DNA of 56,703 nucleotides, from the NCBI GenBank assembly GCA_038523235.1, contig JBCBJQ010000028.1:1-56703 (forward strand). The letters run 5' to 3'. This document shows, piece after piece, positions 30,330-40,677 of the stretch. The stretch comes from Cyanobacteria bacterium J06626_4. Lineage in GTDB: Bacteria; Cyanobacteriota; Cyanobacteriia; Phormidesmidales; Phormidesmidaceae. Each line of letters starts with the position of its first letter. Within the stretch, counting starts at the first letter, position 1. Under the pieces are notes generated by a model. The model made no database searches. It saw only the letters and a list, made by a program, of their open reading frames with translations, and was not told the DNA's origin. The position numbers and the translations under genes were made by a program.

Positions 30330-31013
30330 ATGCAGACAGCAGCCTTTAGTGAGCTTTTTCCGCTTTTTGACGTAGCCAATCCTGAAACGGTGGAATGGCT
30401 CTTGTCTGTTTCTACTGAGCATGAGTACCCGGCTGACCGAGCGGTTTTGATGGAAGATGCCTGGGGCAATGCCGTCTATTTTATCGAGTCAGGCTGGGTC
30501 AAGGTGCGGCGCCACGCCGGCGATAGTGCCGTCACCCTGGCGGTGTTAGGCCCTGGCGATTTCTTCGGCGAGATGGCCATCTTAGACGAGTCGCCGCGAT
30601 CGACAGATGTCGTCGCCCTTGCCCCCGTCAAGCTCCTAAGCGTTTCGGCCCAGCGCTTCATTCAAACCTTATTTAAAGACTCCCAGCTACACCACCGCAT
30701 GCTGCAGTTAATGGTGCAGCGGTTACGCCAAACTAATTTTCGGTTTCAGCTGCGTAACCAACCTCCAGCGGTTAAGCTGGCCAACACCCTCGCTAGCCTA
30801 AGTGAATCCTACGGTCAGCAGAGCGACCACGGAGTCGCTATTTTCAACATTCCGCCCCATGACTTGGCTGATGTCGCTGACATTTCTGAAGAAGAAACCA
30901 GCAAAATCATGGAGAAGCTCATCGAGAAAGGCTGGATCAAAATCGATGAAGCCCGCGACGCCATTTTACTCACGAATACTAAGCAGTTGAGTCAGCTAGC
31001 TGGCAAGGGCTAA
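30330..31013 (+). CDS. Crp/Fnr-family transcriptional regulator
   Basis: FFGEMAILDESPRSTDV cNMP domain plus a C-terminal HTH (DLADVADISEEETSKIMEKL). Confidence 0.92.
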   Translation: MQTAAFSELFPLFDVANPETVEWLLSVSTEHEYPADRAVLMEDAWGNAVYFIESGWVKVRRHAGDSAVTLAVLGPGDFFGEMAILDESPRSTDVVALAPVKLLSVSAQRFIQTLFKDSQLHHRMLQLMVQRLRQTNFRFQLRNQPPAVKLANTLASLSESYGQQSDHGVAIFNIPPHDLADVADISEEETSKIMEKLIEKGWIKIDEARDAILLTNTKQLSQLAGKG

Positions 31014-31660
31014 GGACAACGCTCAAAACAACGTTGCCCGTGTAGCGGTCGAGCCTTCCGTCCCCTGAACTGTGCTGGAAGTGTTGCTGAACCGCAGCCT
31101 CTAGCGAGTTGGGTCAATTGAACGATAGGCCGTTCGCCGTTATTCGCGGATGCAGACCAATGATGTTGACGCTGTGGCGCTTGGCAACCCAGCCGATTGG
31201 ACAACTCGCGATCGCGTTCTGACTAGCATTGGGAGCTTGGCGCTAGCAAATCGGCTACAAATTCCGATCAGCAGTTGGCGATCTCCAACTGCACTCGTCT
31301 CATCACCGTTTGCAGACATTTGTAACGGCCTCTGTAGAGATCAGTTACGAGACTGACAGACGGCCTTGAAACCCGTGATAGCGTGGGTTTTAATGCATCT
31401 TTTTCAGTTTTATAGCAGTCGCCAGTCCAGTTAGGATAAGACTTTGGAACTACTGTGCTCAGGCGTTCAGGAGCAGAGCGCTCCTAAGTGTCTGCCGCAA
31501 AGTGGCCAGGGCGATATCAACGCCGTCTAGACGGGGTGGAATCGCTTCCCCCGGATGGATTATCGCTCTGCGTGACGCATCACAGCTGGATCACAAGTGC
31601 GTCGGGCGATGCCCTAAAGCTGCATCAAGGATGCTTTACTGCAATTTGTAGGAGTTTACG

Positions 31661-32146
31661 ATGACGCTCCAGGTTCCTCCACCCCCTTCGATTTCACCTC
31701 GTCAGTTAGCCCTGATGCGTATTGTTGCCTCGATGGCTTGGAGCGATGGCAACCTCGCCCAAGAGGAAGTTGATTTGATGCTCCAGCGGTTTAGTGGCCT
31801 GTTTGCCCAAGCTCCTGAGCAGCAAGCCGTTTTGCAAAAAGAGCTGCGCGACTACCTGATGCAAAACATTCCCCTCGAAGAGTCTGTCCCCAAACTGCAG
31901 ACTCAAGAAGAACGGGAATTTGTGCTGCGGCTAGGCTACGAAGTCATCAATAGTAGTGCTCGCACTCCCGAAGAAGCCCTCATTAATGCGGAAGAAGCCG
32001 ATGCCTATCAGCGACTAGTCGGGCTACTCAATCTTGATGCCGCCACGGTGCAGCGCTTAGAAACCGAGGCCCAAGCCGCCCCCTCAACTGATTCAGTCAT
32101 CGACAATATGACAGCGCATCTACAGCAGTTTTTTGCTCAAAGCTAG
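31661..32146 (+). CDS. TerB-like protein
   Basis: IVASMAWSDGNLAQEE...INAEE TerB pattern. Confidence 0.8.
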   Translation: MTLQVPPPPSISPRQLALMRIVASMAWSDGNLAQEEVDLMLQRFSGLFAQAPEQQAVLQKELRDYLMQNIPLEESVPKLQTQEEREFVLRLGYEVINSSARTPEEALINAEEADAYQRLVGLLNLDAATVQRLETEAQAAPSTDSVIDNMTAHLQQFFAQS

Positions 32147-32193
32147 CGCTGGGCTGCCATCAGATCGGTGATCGCCACAACAAAACTCTCTTG

Positions 32194-32238
32194 ACTAAAA
32201 GCAGAGATCTATCTTCTGAGTAGATCTCTGCTTTTAGT
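32194..32238. terminator. Bidirectional terminator between convergent genes
   Basis: Perfect 18-bp IR ACTAAAAGCAGAGATCTA-N9-TAGATCTCTGCTTTTAGT. Confidence 0.75.
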
Positions 32239-32284
32239 TGGCAAATTCTACTCGCTCCCCTGTCAAAGCAGTCTCGCCTGCAGC

Positions 32285-33079
32285 CTAGGGCAGCGCCACC
32301 ACTTGGTCATGGGTCTTAGGGCGGTAAGACTTCGCGACATAGTGATCAACATGACGGAAGATCGAGATCGGATGACTCATCCGATAAGAGAAAAATTCCA
32401 CTAGGACAGTGTTGTTGTCCTGAATTTGCACTTTCGGCGACATATCGACCAAGGGTTGTTTGGTCCGCCATTGCCAATTTTTATCGGTTGGGGCAGTGTC
32501 AATCAGCTTGTGATAAAACCAACGACGGTTGAGGCCGCTGCGACCAAATTCTTTCAGCTCGCGCAAGAGAATAGACGCGGCCAGATAAGACCCTGCCGTG
32601 CGATCGCCCGCTATGCCATCCATGACATTACCTAAGGCCCCGTTCGGATGGGGCGGAATCGTGCCTGCTGAGGAGCTAGTGAGTGCATCTTCGAGAACGG
32701 CCGTAGTACTCATCAGCTCGGGCAACGCCCAAGTAACTCCCATGCCCCCCTTGGGCTGACGCTGCAAATAGGTAATGAGTCGCACCTTCGGTTTGAGCGA
32801 CAGACCCGGTAGCTTGTAAATGGCGGCGGCGGGATTGGCCGTGCTGATGAACCAGCGTCCCTCTGGATTCGGAGCAGTTTCATCTTCGTCGTCGAACCCG
32901 CCGACGCGAAACAAATCGCCCAAAGTGTCCAGCGAAGTCGGTTCGAATTTGGCGATCGCCTGCTCGCGTTCACTGCTGTCCGCTACCGGATTCTGCTCTG
33001 ACACCGGTAGCACCAGCTGCGATTGCACATGCTGGCGCACCTTTTGCAGAAGCACTATCGAAAATTTTTGCAAGGCCAT
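32285..33079 (-). CDS. Hypothetical protein
   Basis: 264-aa ATG ORF filling the gap between terminator and next gene; no family recognised. Confidence 0.75.
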   Translation of the reverse strand: MALQKFSIVLLQKVRQHVQSQLVLPVSEQNPVADSSEREQAIAKFEPTSLDTLGDLFRVGGFDDEDETAPNPEGRWFISTANPAAAIYKLPGLSLKPKVRLITYLQRQPKGGMGVTWALPELMSTTAVLEDALTSSSAGTIPPHPNGALGNVMDGIAGDRTAGSYLAASILLRELKEFGRSGLNRRWFYHKLIDTAPTDKNWQWRTKQPLVDMSPKVQIQDNNTVLVEFFSYRMSHPISIFRHVDHYVAKSYRPKTHDQVVALP

Positions 33080-33306
33080 AGCGTAGCTTGCGGAAGGGTC
33101 TCTTGGTTAGTTATCCCGAAAGGTAAAGAAAAGCAGCCAACACTACAATTAAGCTAGCGGGTTTTGCTTGTGCTTGTGGTCAAGATGCTTAAACCTACGG
33201 CGGGATGGGGTTAGCAAAGCGCTCACTTTAAATGAGCCATGACTTCTCTCTAGAGGGCTCTGGACAAACTATCATGACCAACACGACGGAAGTCTGGTCA
33301 TAGCGA

Positions 33307-34404
33307 TTAGTGATGGGGTTGGGGAACGTCAACCCAGGCTCGCCGCTGGTGTGCAGTGTGGGCCAAATCCATCATTAGCTGAGAGTATACCCCCTCAGTG
33401 ATCGAAGGAGCGTGATTCATGCCCTGATCGATGTTACTAACCCAGTGATCGACCACTCGAATAAACGGCGCTAAACGACCATCGTCGTAAGTTTTAGGAA
33501 ACGCCAACTGTGCGGGAATCGGCAACTCTTGCAGGGTCTCTCCAGCAGCGGCCCCAAATAGTTTGAAGCCGTGGACGTAATCTTTGAGATTATCACTGCC
33601 CAGCACGAGAGTGCCGCGATCGCCATACACCTCTAGCCAGTGGCCCCGGCCACCATAGGTTACCGAGCTAATCGTGACCTGTCCTGGTACGCCCCCGGCC
33701 AGCTCTAGCATGAGCGTACAGGTGTCATCGGCATCCACCGGCTTCAGGGCACCGGTGACTGCGTCGGGCCGCTGGGGAATGGCCGTCGTCAAGTTGGCGC
33801 ACAGCCGCTGTGCGGGGCCGAACAGCCAGGCCAGATAGTCGAAGGTGTGAGAAGCAAAGGCTCCTAAGGCCCCGCCCCCTTGATCTTGACGGGCATACCA
33901 GCTCCAAGCGCGATCAGGATTCGCCCGTCCTGGCACCATCCAGTCCACCTTGACCAAGCGCAAGTTACCCACATAGCCCGTTGCCAGCAGCGCCTTCAGC
34001 TGCTGCCAGGCCGGCACAAAGCGAAATTCAAAATCCATCGCGGCGATTCGCTGATGCTGCTGCGCTAAGTCAGCAATCTGCTGAGCCTCTTGAACTGAGA
34101 GTGCCGTGGGCTTTTCGAGCAGAATGTGTTTGTCAGCGGTTAGCGCGGCGATCGCCATCTCTAAATGCAAAAAGGGCGGCGTGGCAATGCTGACAGCATC
34201 GACTTCTGGTAGTGCTAAGACCTGGGCCAACGTATCGCAGGCGTGAGGAATCTGGTGTTGAGTCGCGATCGCCTGGGCCTTAGCCAGATCGCGATGGTAA
34301 ACCGCGACCAGCTGTGTGCGGTGGTGCGCTTGCAATCCGGGGATATGGATTTTTTGCCCAAACCCCGTACCCACAACGGCCACCCCAATACGTTCCCCGG
34401 TCAT
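33307..34404 (-). CDS. Gfo/Idh/MocA family oxidoreductase
   Basis: VVGTGFG, ATPP..H, LLEKP and GGAL...SH motifs. Confidence 0.93.
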   Translation of the reverse strand: MTGERIGVAVVGTGFGQKIHIPGLQAHHRTQLVAVYHRDLAKAQAIATQHQIPHACDTLAQVLALPEVDAVSIATPPFLHLEMAIAALTADKHILLEKPTALSVQEAQQIADLAQQHQRIAAMDFEFRFVPAWQQLKALLATGYVGNLRLVKVDWMVPGRANPDRAWSWYARQDQGGGALGAFASHTFDYLAWLFGPAQRLCANLTTAIPQRPDAVTGALKPVDADDTCTLMLELAGGVPGQVTISSVTYGGRGHWLEVYGDRGTLVLGSDNLKDYVHGFKLFGAAAGETLQELPIPAQLAFPKTYDDGRLAPFIRVVDHWVSNIDQGMNHAPSITEGVYSQLMMDLAHTAHQRRAWVDVPQPHH

Positions 34405-34524
34405 GTCATGCGCCTCAGTCGTTTTTCAACAGATTGCAATCAGATAGAAAGGTAGAAATTAGACGTGAGCAATTAGACCGCAGTAGTCAGAATCCGGAAA
34501 AGCGATCTCTACAATGCTGAACTC

Positions 34525-34615
34525 GCCCCCCGGCCCCTCTGCCCCCGGCTCCTCTGCCCTTCCTCACCCTCATATCCCCCATCCACCCTACTACCCATCT
34601 TGCCCCCGCCCCCTA
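34525..34615. repeat. C-rich short tandem repeats (STRR-like)
   Basis: CCCCCGGCCCCTCTG / CCCCCGGCTCCTCTG 15-bp tandem, then degenerate C-rich units upstream of cysS. Confidence 0.55.
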
Positions 34616-34658
34616 TTCAGTGTTGAATCGATCTATGTCCCTCGTCAGCAGCAACGCC

Positions 34659-36167
34659 ATGAGTCTCGTTCTCTACAACACGTTGACCCGTCAAAAAGCC
34701 CCCCTCAAAACCTTAGAACCGGGCAAGGTCACGATGTACTGCTGTGGCGTCACCGTTTACGATCATTCGCACTTGGGGCATGCGCGCTGCTACATCACGT
34801 GGGACACCGTGCGACGCTATCTGATGTGGCGGGGCTATGACGTCCATTACGTGCAAAATTTCACCGATATTGACGACAAAATTCTCAACCGCGCCAAGGT
34901 CGAAAATTCCTCCATGAAAACGGTCGCAGAGACCTATACAGCGGCCTATTTTGAGGATATGGCTCGGTTAAACGTGCTGGAGGCTGACGAATATACCTAT
35001 GCCACCCAAACTCTAGACGGCATCCAGCGACTGATTGGTGAACTGGAGCAGCAGGGCTATGCCTATGCCGCTGAGGGCGACGTCTACTACGCGGTGCGCA
35101 AGTTTGACGGCTATGGCAAACTCTCGGGCCGCAAACTGGACGATATGCAGGCTGGGGCGGGAGGCCGGGTGTCTGCTGAAACCACGATTAAGCGAGACCC
35201 GGCTGACTTTGCTCTATGGAAAGGGGCGAAGGCAGGCGAACCGTTTTGGGAGTCACCTTGGGGACCGGGGCGACCGGGCTGGCACATTGAATGCTCGGCA
35301 ATGATTCGCGATCGCCTGGGTGACTCCATCGACATTCACGTGGGCGGCAGCGACCTGGTCTTTCCCCACCATGAAAACGAGATCGCCCAGTCAGAAGCGG
35401 CGACGGGCCATCCCCTAGCCCGCTATTGGCTGCACAACGGCATGGTGAATGTTGGCGGCGAGAAGATGTCCAAATCCCTAGGCAACTTCACCACCATTCG
35501 CCAACTGTTGGATGCGCCCAATGCACCCGATGCGATGGCAGTGCGGCTGTTTTTGATGCAAGGCCAATATCGTAAGCCGGTGGACTTCACCGATGCGGCG
35601 ATCGCGGCAGTCAAGAACGGCTGGCAAACGCTTTCTGAGGGCCTGCTGTTTGGCCCGGACTACGGCGCAAAGCTGGGTTGGGCCGATGTGGACGATCCCG
35701 ACTTCAACAATCCGGCAGCGATGCGCATTGATCGCGAGAGTCCAGCGGTGCAGCAGTTTCAAACCGCGATGGATGACGACTTTAATACGTCAGAAGCTCT
35801 CGCCGTGCTGTTTGGCCTGGCCAAGGAGCTGCGGCGGGCAGGCAATCTCATTACCCACACCGGGGCCGCCGATACAACCGCTGAGCAGCTACGACAGCGC
35901 TGGCAAACCCTAGTGTGTCTAGCTCAGGTATTGGGTTTAGAAGCCCGACCGGCAGATCTGGTCTTGGGGCAAGAAACCGGATCGGCAGGGCCTGACCCAA
36001 CCTTAGGAGGCATCACCGATGCAGACGTGGAAGCTCTGATTGTCCAGCGAACAGCAGCCCGAGCCGCCAAAGACTTTGCTGAGAGCGATCGCCTGCGAGA
36101 TGAACTGCAGGCTCAGGGCATTACCCTCATCGATAAACCCGGCGGTGTCACCGAATGGCACCGTTAG
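34659..36167 (+). CDS. cysS: Cysteine--tRNA ligase
   Basis: CGVTVYD..HLGH, GRPGWHIECS, FPHHENE and KMSKS motifs; ATG 34659 chosen. Confidence 0.98.
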   Translation: MSLVLYNTLTRQKAPLKTLEPGKVTMYCCGVTVYDHSHLGHARCYITWDTVRRYLMWRGYDVHYVQNFTDIDDKILNRAKVENSSMKTVAETYTAAYFEDMARLNVLEADEYTYATQTLDGIQRLIGELEQQGYAYAAEGDVYYAVRKFDGYGKLSGRKLDDMQAGAGGRVSAETTIKRDPADFALWKGAKAGEPFWESPWGPGRPGWHIECSAMIRDRLGDSIDIHVGGSDLVFPHHENEIAQSEAATGHPLARYWLHNGMVNVGGEKMSKSLGNFTTIRQLLDAPNAPDAMAVRLFLMQGQYRKPVDFTDAAIAAVKNGWQTLSEGLLFGPDYGAKLGWADVDDPDFNNPAAMRIDRESPAVQQFQTAMDDDFNTSEALAVLFGLAKELRRAGNLITHTGAADTTAEQLRQRWQTLVCLAQVLGLEARPADLVLGQETGSAGPDPTLGGITDADVEALIVQRTAARAAKDFAESDRLRDELQAQGITLIDKPGGVTEWHR

Positions 36168-36278
36168 GGTCTTTGTGCTGCAAGCATTTTTAGGGCAGAC
36201 AATTTTCTGTCAGGGTTGGGCACTGCCACCTCCCTATATCAGAGATGCGATTTTGGCGTGAATTCTCAGCGAGAACGT

Positions 36279-37004
36279 TTACTTCCGTCCGCCAAACAGA
36301 GCCAGCTCAAAGGTTTTGAAAAAACAATCGACATCGCGAAAGCCGATATCACGCAGCCACTGACACTGCTGCTCTGCCGGAGCGAGAATATTCTCAACTT
36401 TGTCATCTCGCCGGTAATATTTGTCGGCGATCGCCTCGCGCTTAACGGTTGGATTCGTCTGGGCGTGAAAGGCGTATAGATCATCGATAAAAAATTCGTC
36501 AAACAGGACTTCCCCAGCCGGCGTCGCAGAAGCCACATGCTCTAAATTGAGGAAGACGCCGTCAGGGGCCAGACGATTGTAGATCTCGGCATACAGGGCC
36601 TGTTTGCGATCGTCTGGTTGATGGTGAATGGCAAATCCGGAAATCACCACGTCGATCGCCGCCTGATCGGCCACAGCTTCAACCCACTCGGCAGTGCCAA
36701 AGTCCGCGACTCGCACCTGGGCCTGGGGTAGATGACCCACTTTTTGACGCACCGCCGTCAGCATCGGCTCCGAAAAATCAAGAAAGATTCCTTGCGCTGC
36801 GGGAAAGCGATCGAGCAAATATCGTCCCAAAACACCATCGCCACAGCCCAGATCCAGAATCGTGATCGGCGAGTCGCACCATTGCTCAACAATTTTGCCC
36901 ATAATCGCCATCTGCAGATCTGCTCCCGGAATCGCGCTACGCACCCCTTCTAAAAAGGACAGTGCGACTTCTGGCGTTTGCCACTGGCTTTTGGAGGCAG
37001 TCAT
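36279..37004 (-). CDS. Class I SAM-dependent methyltransferase
   Basis: ILDLGCGDG, DFSEPML and SGFAIHH motifs. Confidence 0.92.
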   Translation of the reverse strand: MTASKSQWQTPEVALSFLEGVRSAIPGADLQMAIMGKIVEQWCDSPITILDLGCGDGVLGRYLLDRFPAAQGIFLDFSEPMLTAVRQKVGHLPQAQVRVADFGTAEWVEAVADQAAIDVVISGFAIHHQPDDRKQALYAEIYNRLAPDGVFLNLEHVASATPAGEVLFDEFFIDDLYAFHAQTNPTVKREAIADKYYRRDDKVENILAPAEQQCQWLRDIGFRDVDCFFKTFELALFGGRK

Positions 37005-37102
37005 TGGGGCACCATGGCGAGCATTTTCCCCATCCTACCCGGCGCTTTGCCGCCAACCGCGATCGCCCCAGCAAAATGGGGAGTGTCATCATCACAGCAT
37101 CG

Positions 37103-37131
37103 AAAAAAAGACAGCCTCGAAAGGCTGCCTT
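37103..37131 (-). terminator. Rho-independent terminator of the HtrA gene
   Basis: Minus strand reads AGGCAGCCT-TTCG-AGGCTGTCT followed by a run of T. Confidence 0.8.
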
Positions 37132-37173
37132 GAACTGTCGGTTCGTGTGAGGAAAAAAGTGTAATCGCTAGCG

Positions 37174-38427
37174 TTAGAGCGATTCGGTGGGAATGGCTGC
37201 GGGCTGCACGGCGATCGCCTGCAGGCTACCGTCACGACGTACTTGCAAGGTCAAGTCGGCCCCGATCGCGGTCTCCTCGACCTTTTGCTGCACATCGGCA
37301 GCAGCGGTGATCGACTCACCATCGACCGAGATCAAGACATCGCCGGGCTGCAGACCGGCTTTAGCTGCCGGTGAGTTGCCCACAATGTCCACGATCACCA
37401 CGCCTTCATCCGCATCGATGTTGAAGTTCGTGTCTTCATTGAGCGCTGCCTTGGTTTGCTCGTTAAGCTCCACCATGCGAATCCCCAGATAAGGATGTTC
37501 AACCCGCCCGGTGGTGATCAGCTGGGTGGCGAGGCGATCGACCGCATTGATCGGAATCGCAAAGCCGATGCCCTGGGCGTTTTGAATAATGGCCGTGTTC
37601 ATGCCAATCACTTCGCCACGCTCATTGAGCAGGGGACCACCGGAGTTGCCAGGGTTGATCGCCGCATCGGTTTGAATGAAGTCAACCCGTTTATCGGCCA
37701 CACCGATTTGCCCGCTAGTGCGACCCGTGGCGCTGACAATACCGACGGTAACCGTATTGTCTAAGCCGAGGGGGTTGCCGATCGCGATCGCCCATTCCCC
37801 GGGCTGCAGCTGGTTAGAGTCGCTCAGAGGCACGGTGGGCAGGTTATCAGCATCAATGTCAATCACCGCCACATCCGTCAGCGGGTCAGTGCCGACAACG
37901 CGACCCTCTACCGTGCGACCGTCCTTCAGTGTGACCTGCACGGTGTCAGACCCTTCCACCACGTGAGCATTGGTGAAAATCGTGCCGTCTTCAGAGACGA
38001 TGAAGCCCGAGCCCACGCCCTGCTCCACCCGTTCGCGTGATTCTGGCAGGTCGCTAAAAAACTCGCGGAAGAAAGGATTGTTTTGTAAAGCATCCGGCAC
38101 CTGACGGGTCACCGTGCGCGACGCATCAATGCGCACCACCGCTTGACCGGCCTCTTGCACAATCGCGGCAACAAAACTAGAGGAGCCCAGGGCGGCAGGA
38201 CTGGTGGGGGCAACCGTGATCGCGGGGGCAGCAGCAGGCAGCTCAGTCTCCGACTGCTGTGCCTCGATCCGGGGCTGCATCGCCTGCAGGGCACCCGTCC
38301 CAGCGGTAGCTAGGCCAGCACCTACCAACATCAAGAGAAAAGCCTGCCCGGTGCGCTGCGCCCACCGAGCCGACTGGTGTGAAGGGAACGTCGATTGCTT
38401 GTTCAAAGGGTCTTTCATGAATATCAC
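37174..38427 (-). CDS. HhoA/HhoB/HtrA-family serine endopeptidase with PDZ domain
   Basis: GSGF, TNAHVV, DVAV and [15 protein letters not shown] motifs; C-terminal PDZ. Confidence 0.96.
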   Translation of the reverse strand: MIFMKDPLNKQSTFPSHQSARWAQRTGQAFLLMLVGAGLATAGTGALQAMQPRIEAQQSETELPAAAPAITVAPTSPAALGSSSFVAAIVQEAGQAVVRIDASRTVTRQVPDALQNNPFFREFFSDLPESRERVEQGVGSGFIVSEDGTIFTNAHVVEGSDTVQVTLKDGRTVEGRVVGTDPLTDVAVIDIDADNLPTVPLSDSNQLQPGEWAIAIGNPLGLDNTVTVGIVSATGRTSGQIGVADKRVDFIQTDAAINPGNSGGPLLNERGEVIGMNTAIIQNAQGIGFAIPINAVDRLATQLITTGRVEHPYLGIRMVELNEQTKAALNEDTNFNIDADEGVVIVDIVGNSPAAKAGLQPGDVLISVDGESITAAADVQQKVEETAIGADLTLQVRRDGSLQAIAVQPAAIPTESL

Positions 38428-38681
38428 CCCGTTGGGTTGTAGGGGCTTTGCTGTCTAACATCCTTACTGTAGATAGGGGATATGACGGGGCTGTTGCAAC
38501 AGTGTGATAGTGCTGTGAAAGTTTGTTCGCTGGTCGGTGCAGCCATGTGAAGCTAAGCCTGCATCGACCAGTGGTCAGGCGGAGGGTGGTGTAGAGCCCC
38601 GGCGCGATCGCAAATTCGTATCCTGGATAGCGTTCTTGCCCCTATGACTCTCATAGGATGGGCAGAGTTTCAGTCGCGGCT

Positions 38682-39734
38682 ATGCAGACTCCCTTTCAAC
38701 GCATCGTTATCGGCATCTCGACCTTTGTCTTAACGGTCATTATCGCGGTGAGCGGCTACGTCTTAGCCGGCTGGACCCTGCTCGATTCCATTTACATGGT
38801 CGTCATCACCATTTTTGGCGTCGGCTACGGCGAAGTGCAGCCGCTCACCTCAACCACGCTCAAGGTCTTCACCATTTTGGTGATTATTGCCGGGGTGTTA
38901 TCGGTGGCTTACACCGTTTCCGGCTTTGTGCAGCTCATCACCGAAGGCGAAATTCGTAAGATTATTGACGTCAAACGTATGAACAAAGACATCGAGCTGC
39001 TAGAAGATCACGTCATCATCTGCGGGTTTGGCCGTATTGGCCAGATGGTGGCACGCCAGCTTAAAGCCGCTCATCAGCCCTTTGTCGTGGTGGATAATGC
39101 CCCCGAACGCATTGAGCTGGCGCGTGAAGCGGGATATCTACTGCATCTGGGCAACGCGACCGACGAAACCAATCTAGCGGCTGTGCAAATTGACAAAGCG
39201 CGCACGCTTGCCACTGTTTTGCCCGACGATGCGGCCAACGTCTTTATCACGCTTACCGCTCGCGAGCTGAACCCGAACCTCACGATTTTGGCGCGGGGAG
39301 AAATTCCTTCAACTGAAAAAAAGCTGCGCCTCGCTGGCGCGAACCATGTGGTGCTGCCAGCCACCATCAGCGCGTCTCGCATGGCCCATCTGATTACCAA
39401 CCCCTCAGCCGTGGACTTTTTATCGCAAAGTGACGGCCAGGTCAGTTTGAATGAACTTTTAGCCGAGCTGGATATTCAAATTCAGGAGATGCCGGTTGAT
39501 CAGGCTCTGGTCGGAGGCACTATCGGCGATGTCGAAATGCGCGGCAAAGGCACATTTATCATCGTGGCGCTGCGACGAGCCGATGGAGAAGTGATTGTGC
39601 ATCCTGGCAACAACCTCTATCTAGCCAAGGAGGATACCCTAATGCTCATGGGCCACCAGGGAGACATGCCAAATTTTGCCCAAAAAGCTGCGATCAAGCG
39701 GGAAATGCGCTATCGCGGAGCGCGCTTGCGATAG
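38682..39734 (+). CDS. Two-TM potassium channel with RCK (TrkA-N/TrkA-C) domains
   Basis: Pore ITIFGVGYGE, HVIICGFGRIG and GANHVV motifs; ATG 38682 chosen (alternative 38658). Confidence 0.92.
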   Translation: MQTPFQRIVIGISTFVLTVIIAVSGYVLAGWTLLDSIYMVVITIFGVGYGEVQPLTSTTLKVFTILVIIAGVLSVAYTVSGFVQLITEGEIRKIIDVKRMNKDIELLEDHVIICGFGRIGQMVARQLKAAHQPFVVVDNAPERIELAREAGYLLHLGNATDETNLAAVQIDKARTLATVLPDDAANVFITLTARELNPNLTILARGEIPSTEKKLRLAGANHVVLPATISASRMAHLITNPSAVDFLSQSDGQVSLNELLAELDIQIQEMPVDQALVGGTIGDVEMRGKGTFIIVALRRADGEVIVHPGNNLYLAKEDTLMLMGHQGDMPNFAQKAAIKREMRYRGARLR

Positions 39735-39752
39735 TCAGGGCGAGCGGAAGCG

Positions 39753-40139
39753 CTACGGTTCGGTCACAACGGGAGTTTGGGATACCACATCAATCAGCGT
39801 CCACCGCAGTGAAGCCCCATCAGCAGGCGGATTGGTGATCGGTGTTATTTGCACCAGCAGCTCGTAATCGTAGCCCGGTGTGTGAGTAAACCCTTCGATC
39901 GCACTGTAGAACAGCTGATAGTCCTCTTCTGGGGCATATCGCACCTGCAAGCAGCCTTGCGGAGCCACTTCCACACATGCCGCAGTCTCTGGCCCCACGT
40001 ACAGTGTGACAACTTCGGTCTCCAGCATGATTTCAGCCGGTTCCTCTGGAGAGGGCGTACAGCCTGCGATCGCGCTGCCCACACCGAGCACGCCCACGAG
40101 CATCCAGGCAGAAAGACGAGAACCGATCTGAGCTGACAT
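39753..40139 (-). CDS. DUF4377 lipoprotein
   Basis: Lipobox IAGC; C..VAPQGCLQV, IEGF...GY.YEL and PPADGASLRW motifs. Confidence 0.85.
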   Translation of the reverse strand: MSAQIGSRLSAWMLVGVLGVGSAIAGCTPSPEEPAEIMLETEVVTLYVGPETAACVEVAPQGCLQVRYAPEEDYQLFYSAIEGFTHTPGYDYELLVQITPITNPPADGASLRWTLIDVVSQTPVVTEP

Positions 40140-40385
40140 GGCCGACTCCTTGCCCAGTAGTAACGATAGGGAAGTGTTTCAATACTGTCAGATTTTATTC
40201 AGGTCGAGACCGCATCATGGCGTCTTTGATACCCATGTAATGCAGGGGAGTGAAGGCGTCGGGGGCTAGATGGGTAGTCTGAGCGGTATTAATCTTCTTG
40301 CGACTCTGCTGGCGCATATCCTAGGCATCGCTGAGCAAGTTCAGGCATTTGGCGTCATCATAAAACTAAATATTTACCCGAAGTG

Positions 40386-40544
40386 ATGGCGCGTCAACGT
40401 TCAAAATCTGATTTACCCACCAAGGTCTGTCCCGTCTGTCAGCGGCCCTTTGCCTGGCGCAAAAAGTGGGCTGACTGCTGGAATGAGGTGAAATATTGTT
40501 CGGAGCGCTGCCGCCGTCGGCGATCGCAGGCGGCAAGCGAGTAA
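40386..40544 (+). CDS. DUF2256 small zinc-ribbon-like protein (52 aa, below ORF-track cutoff)
   Basis: [52 protein letters not shown]. Confidence 0.92.
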   Translation: MARQRSKSDLPTKVCPVCQRPFAWRKKWADCWNEVKYCSERCRRRRSQAASE

Positions 40545-40677
40545 CCTGCAAGTGCCTAGACTTTTGCCAATTGCGAGATAGTAAATCTGGAATAACCGGG
40601 TAACTACTGCCGTAGAGTCCTTGTCACTAAGTGCAGCTAACCGGCAGCGACCCAGCTCTTCTCTATTGTCAGCCCGA

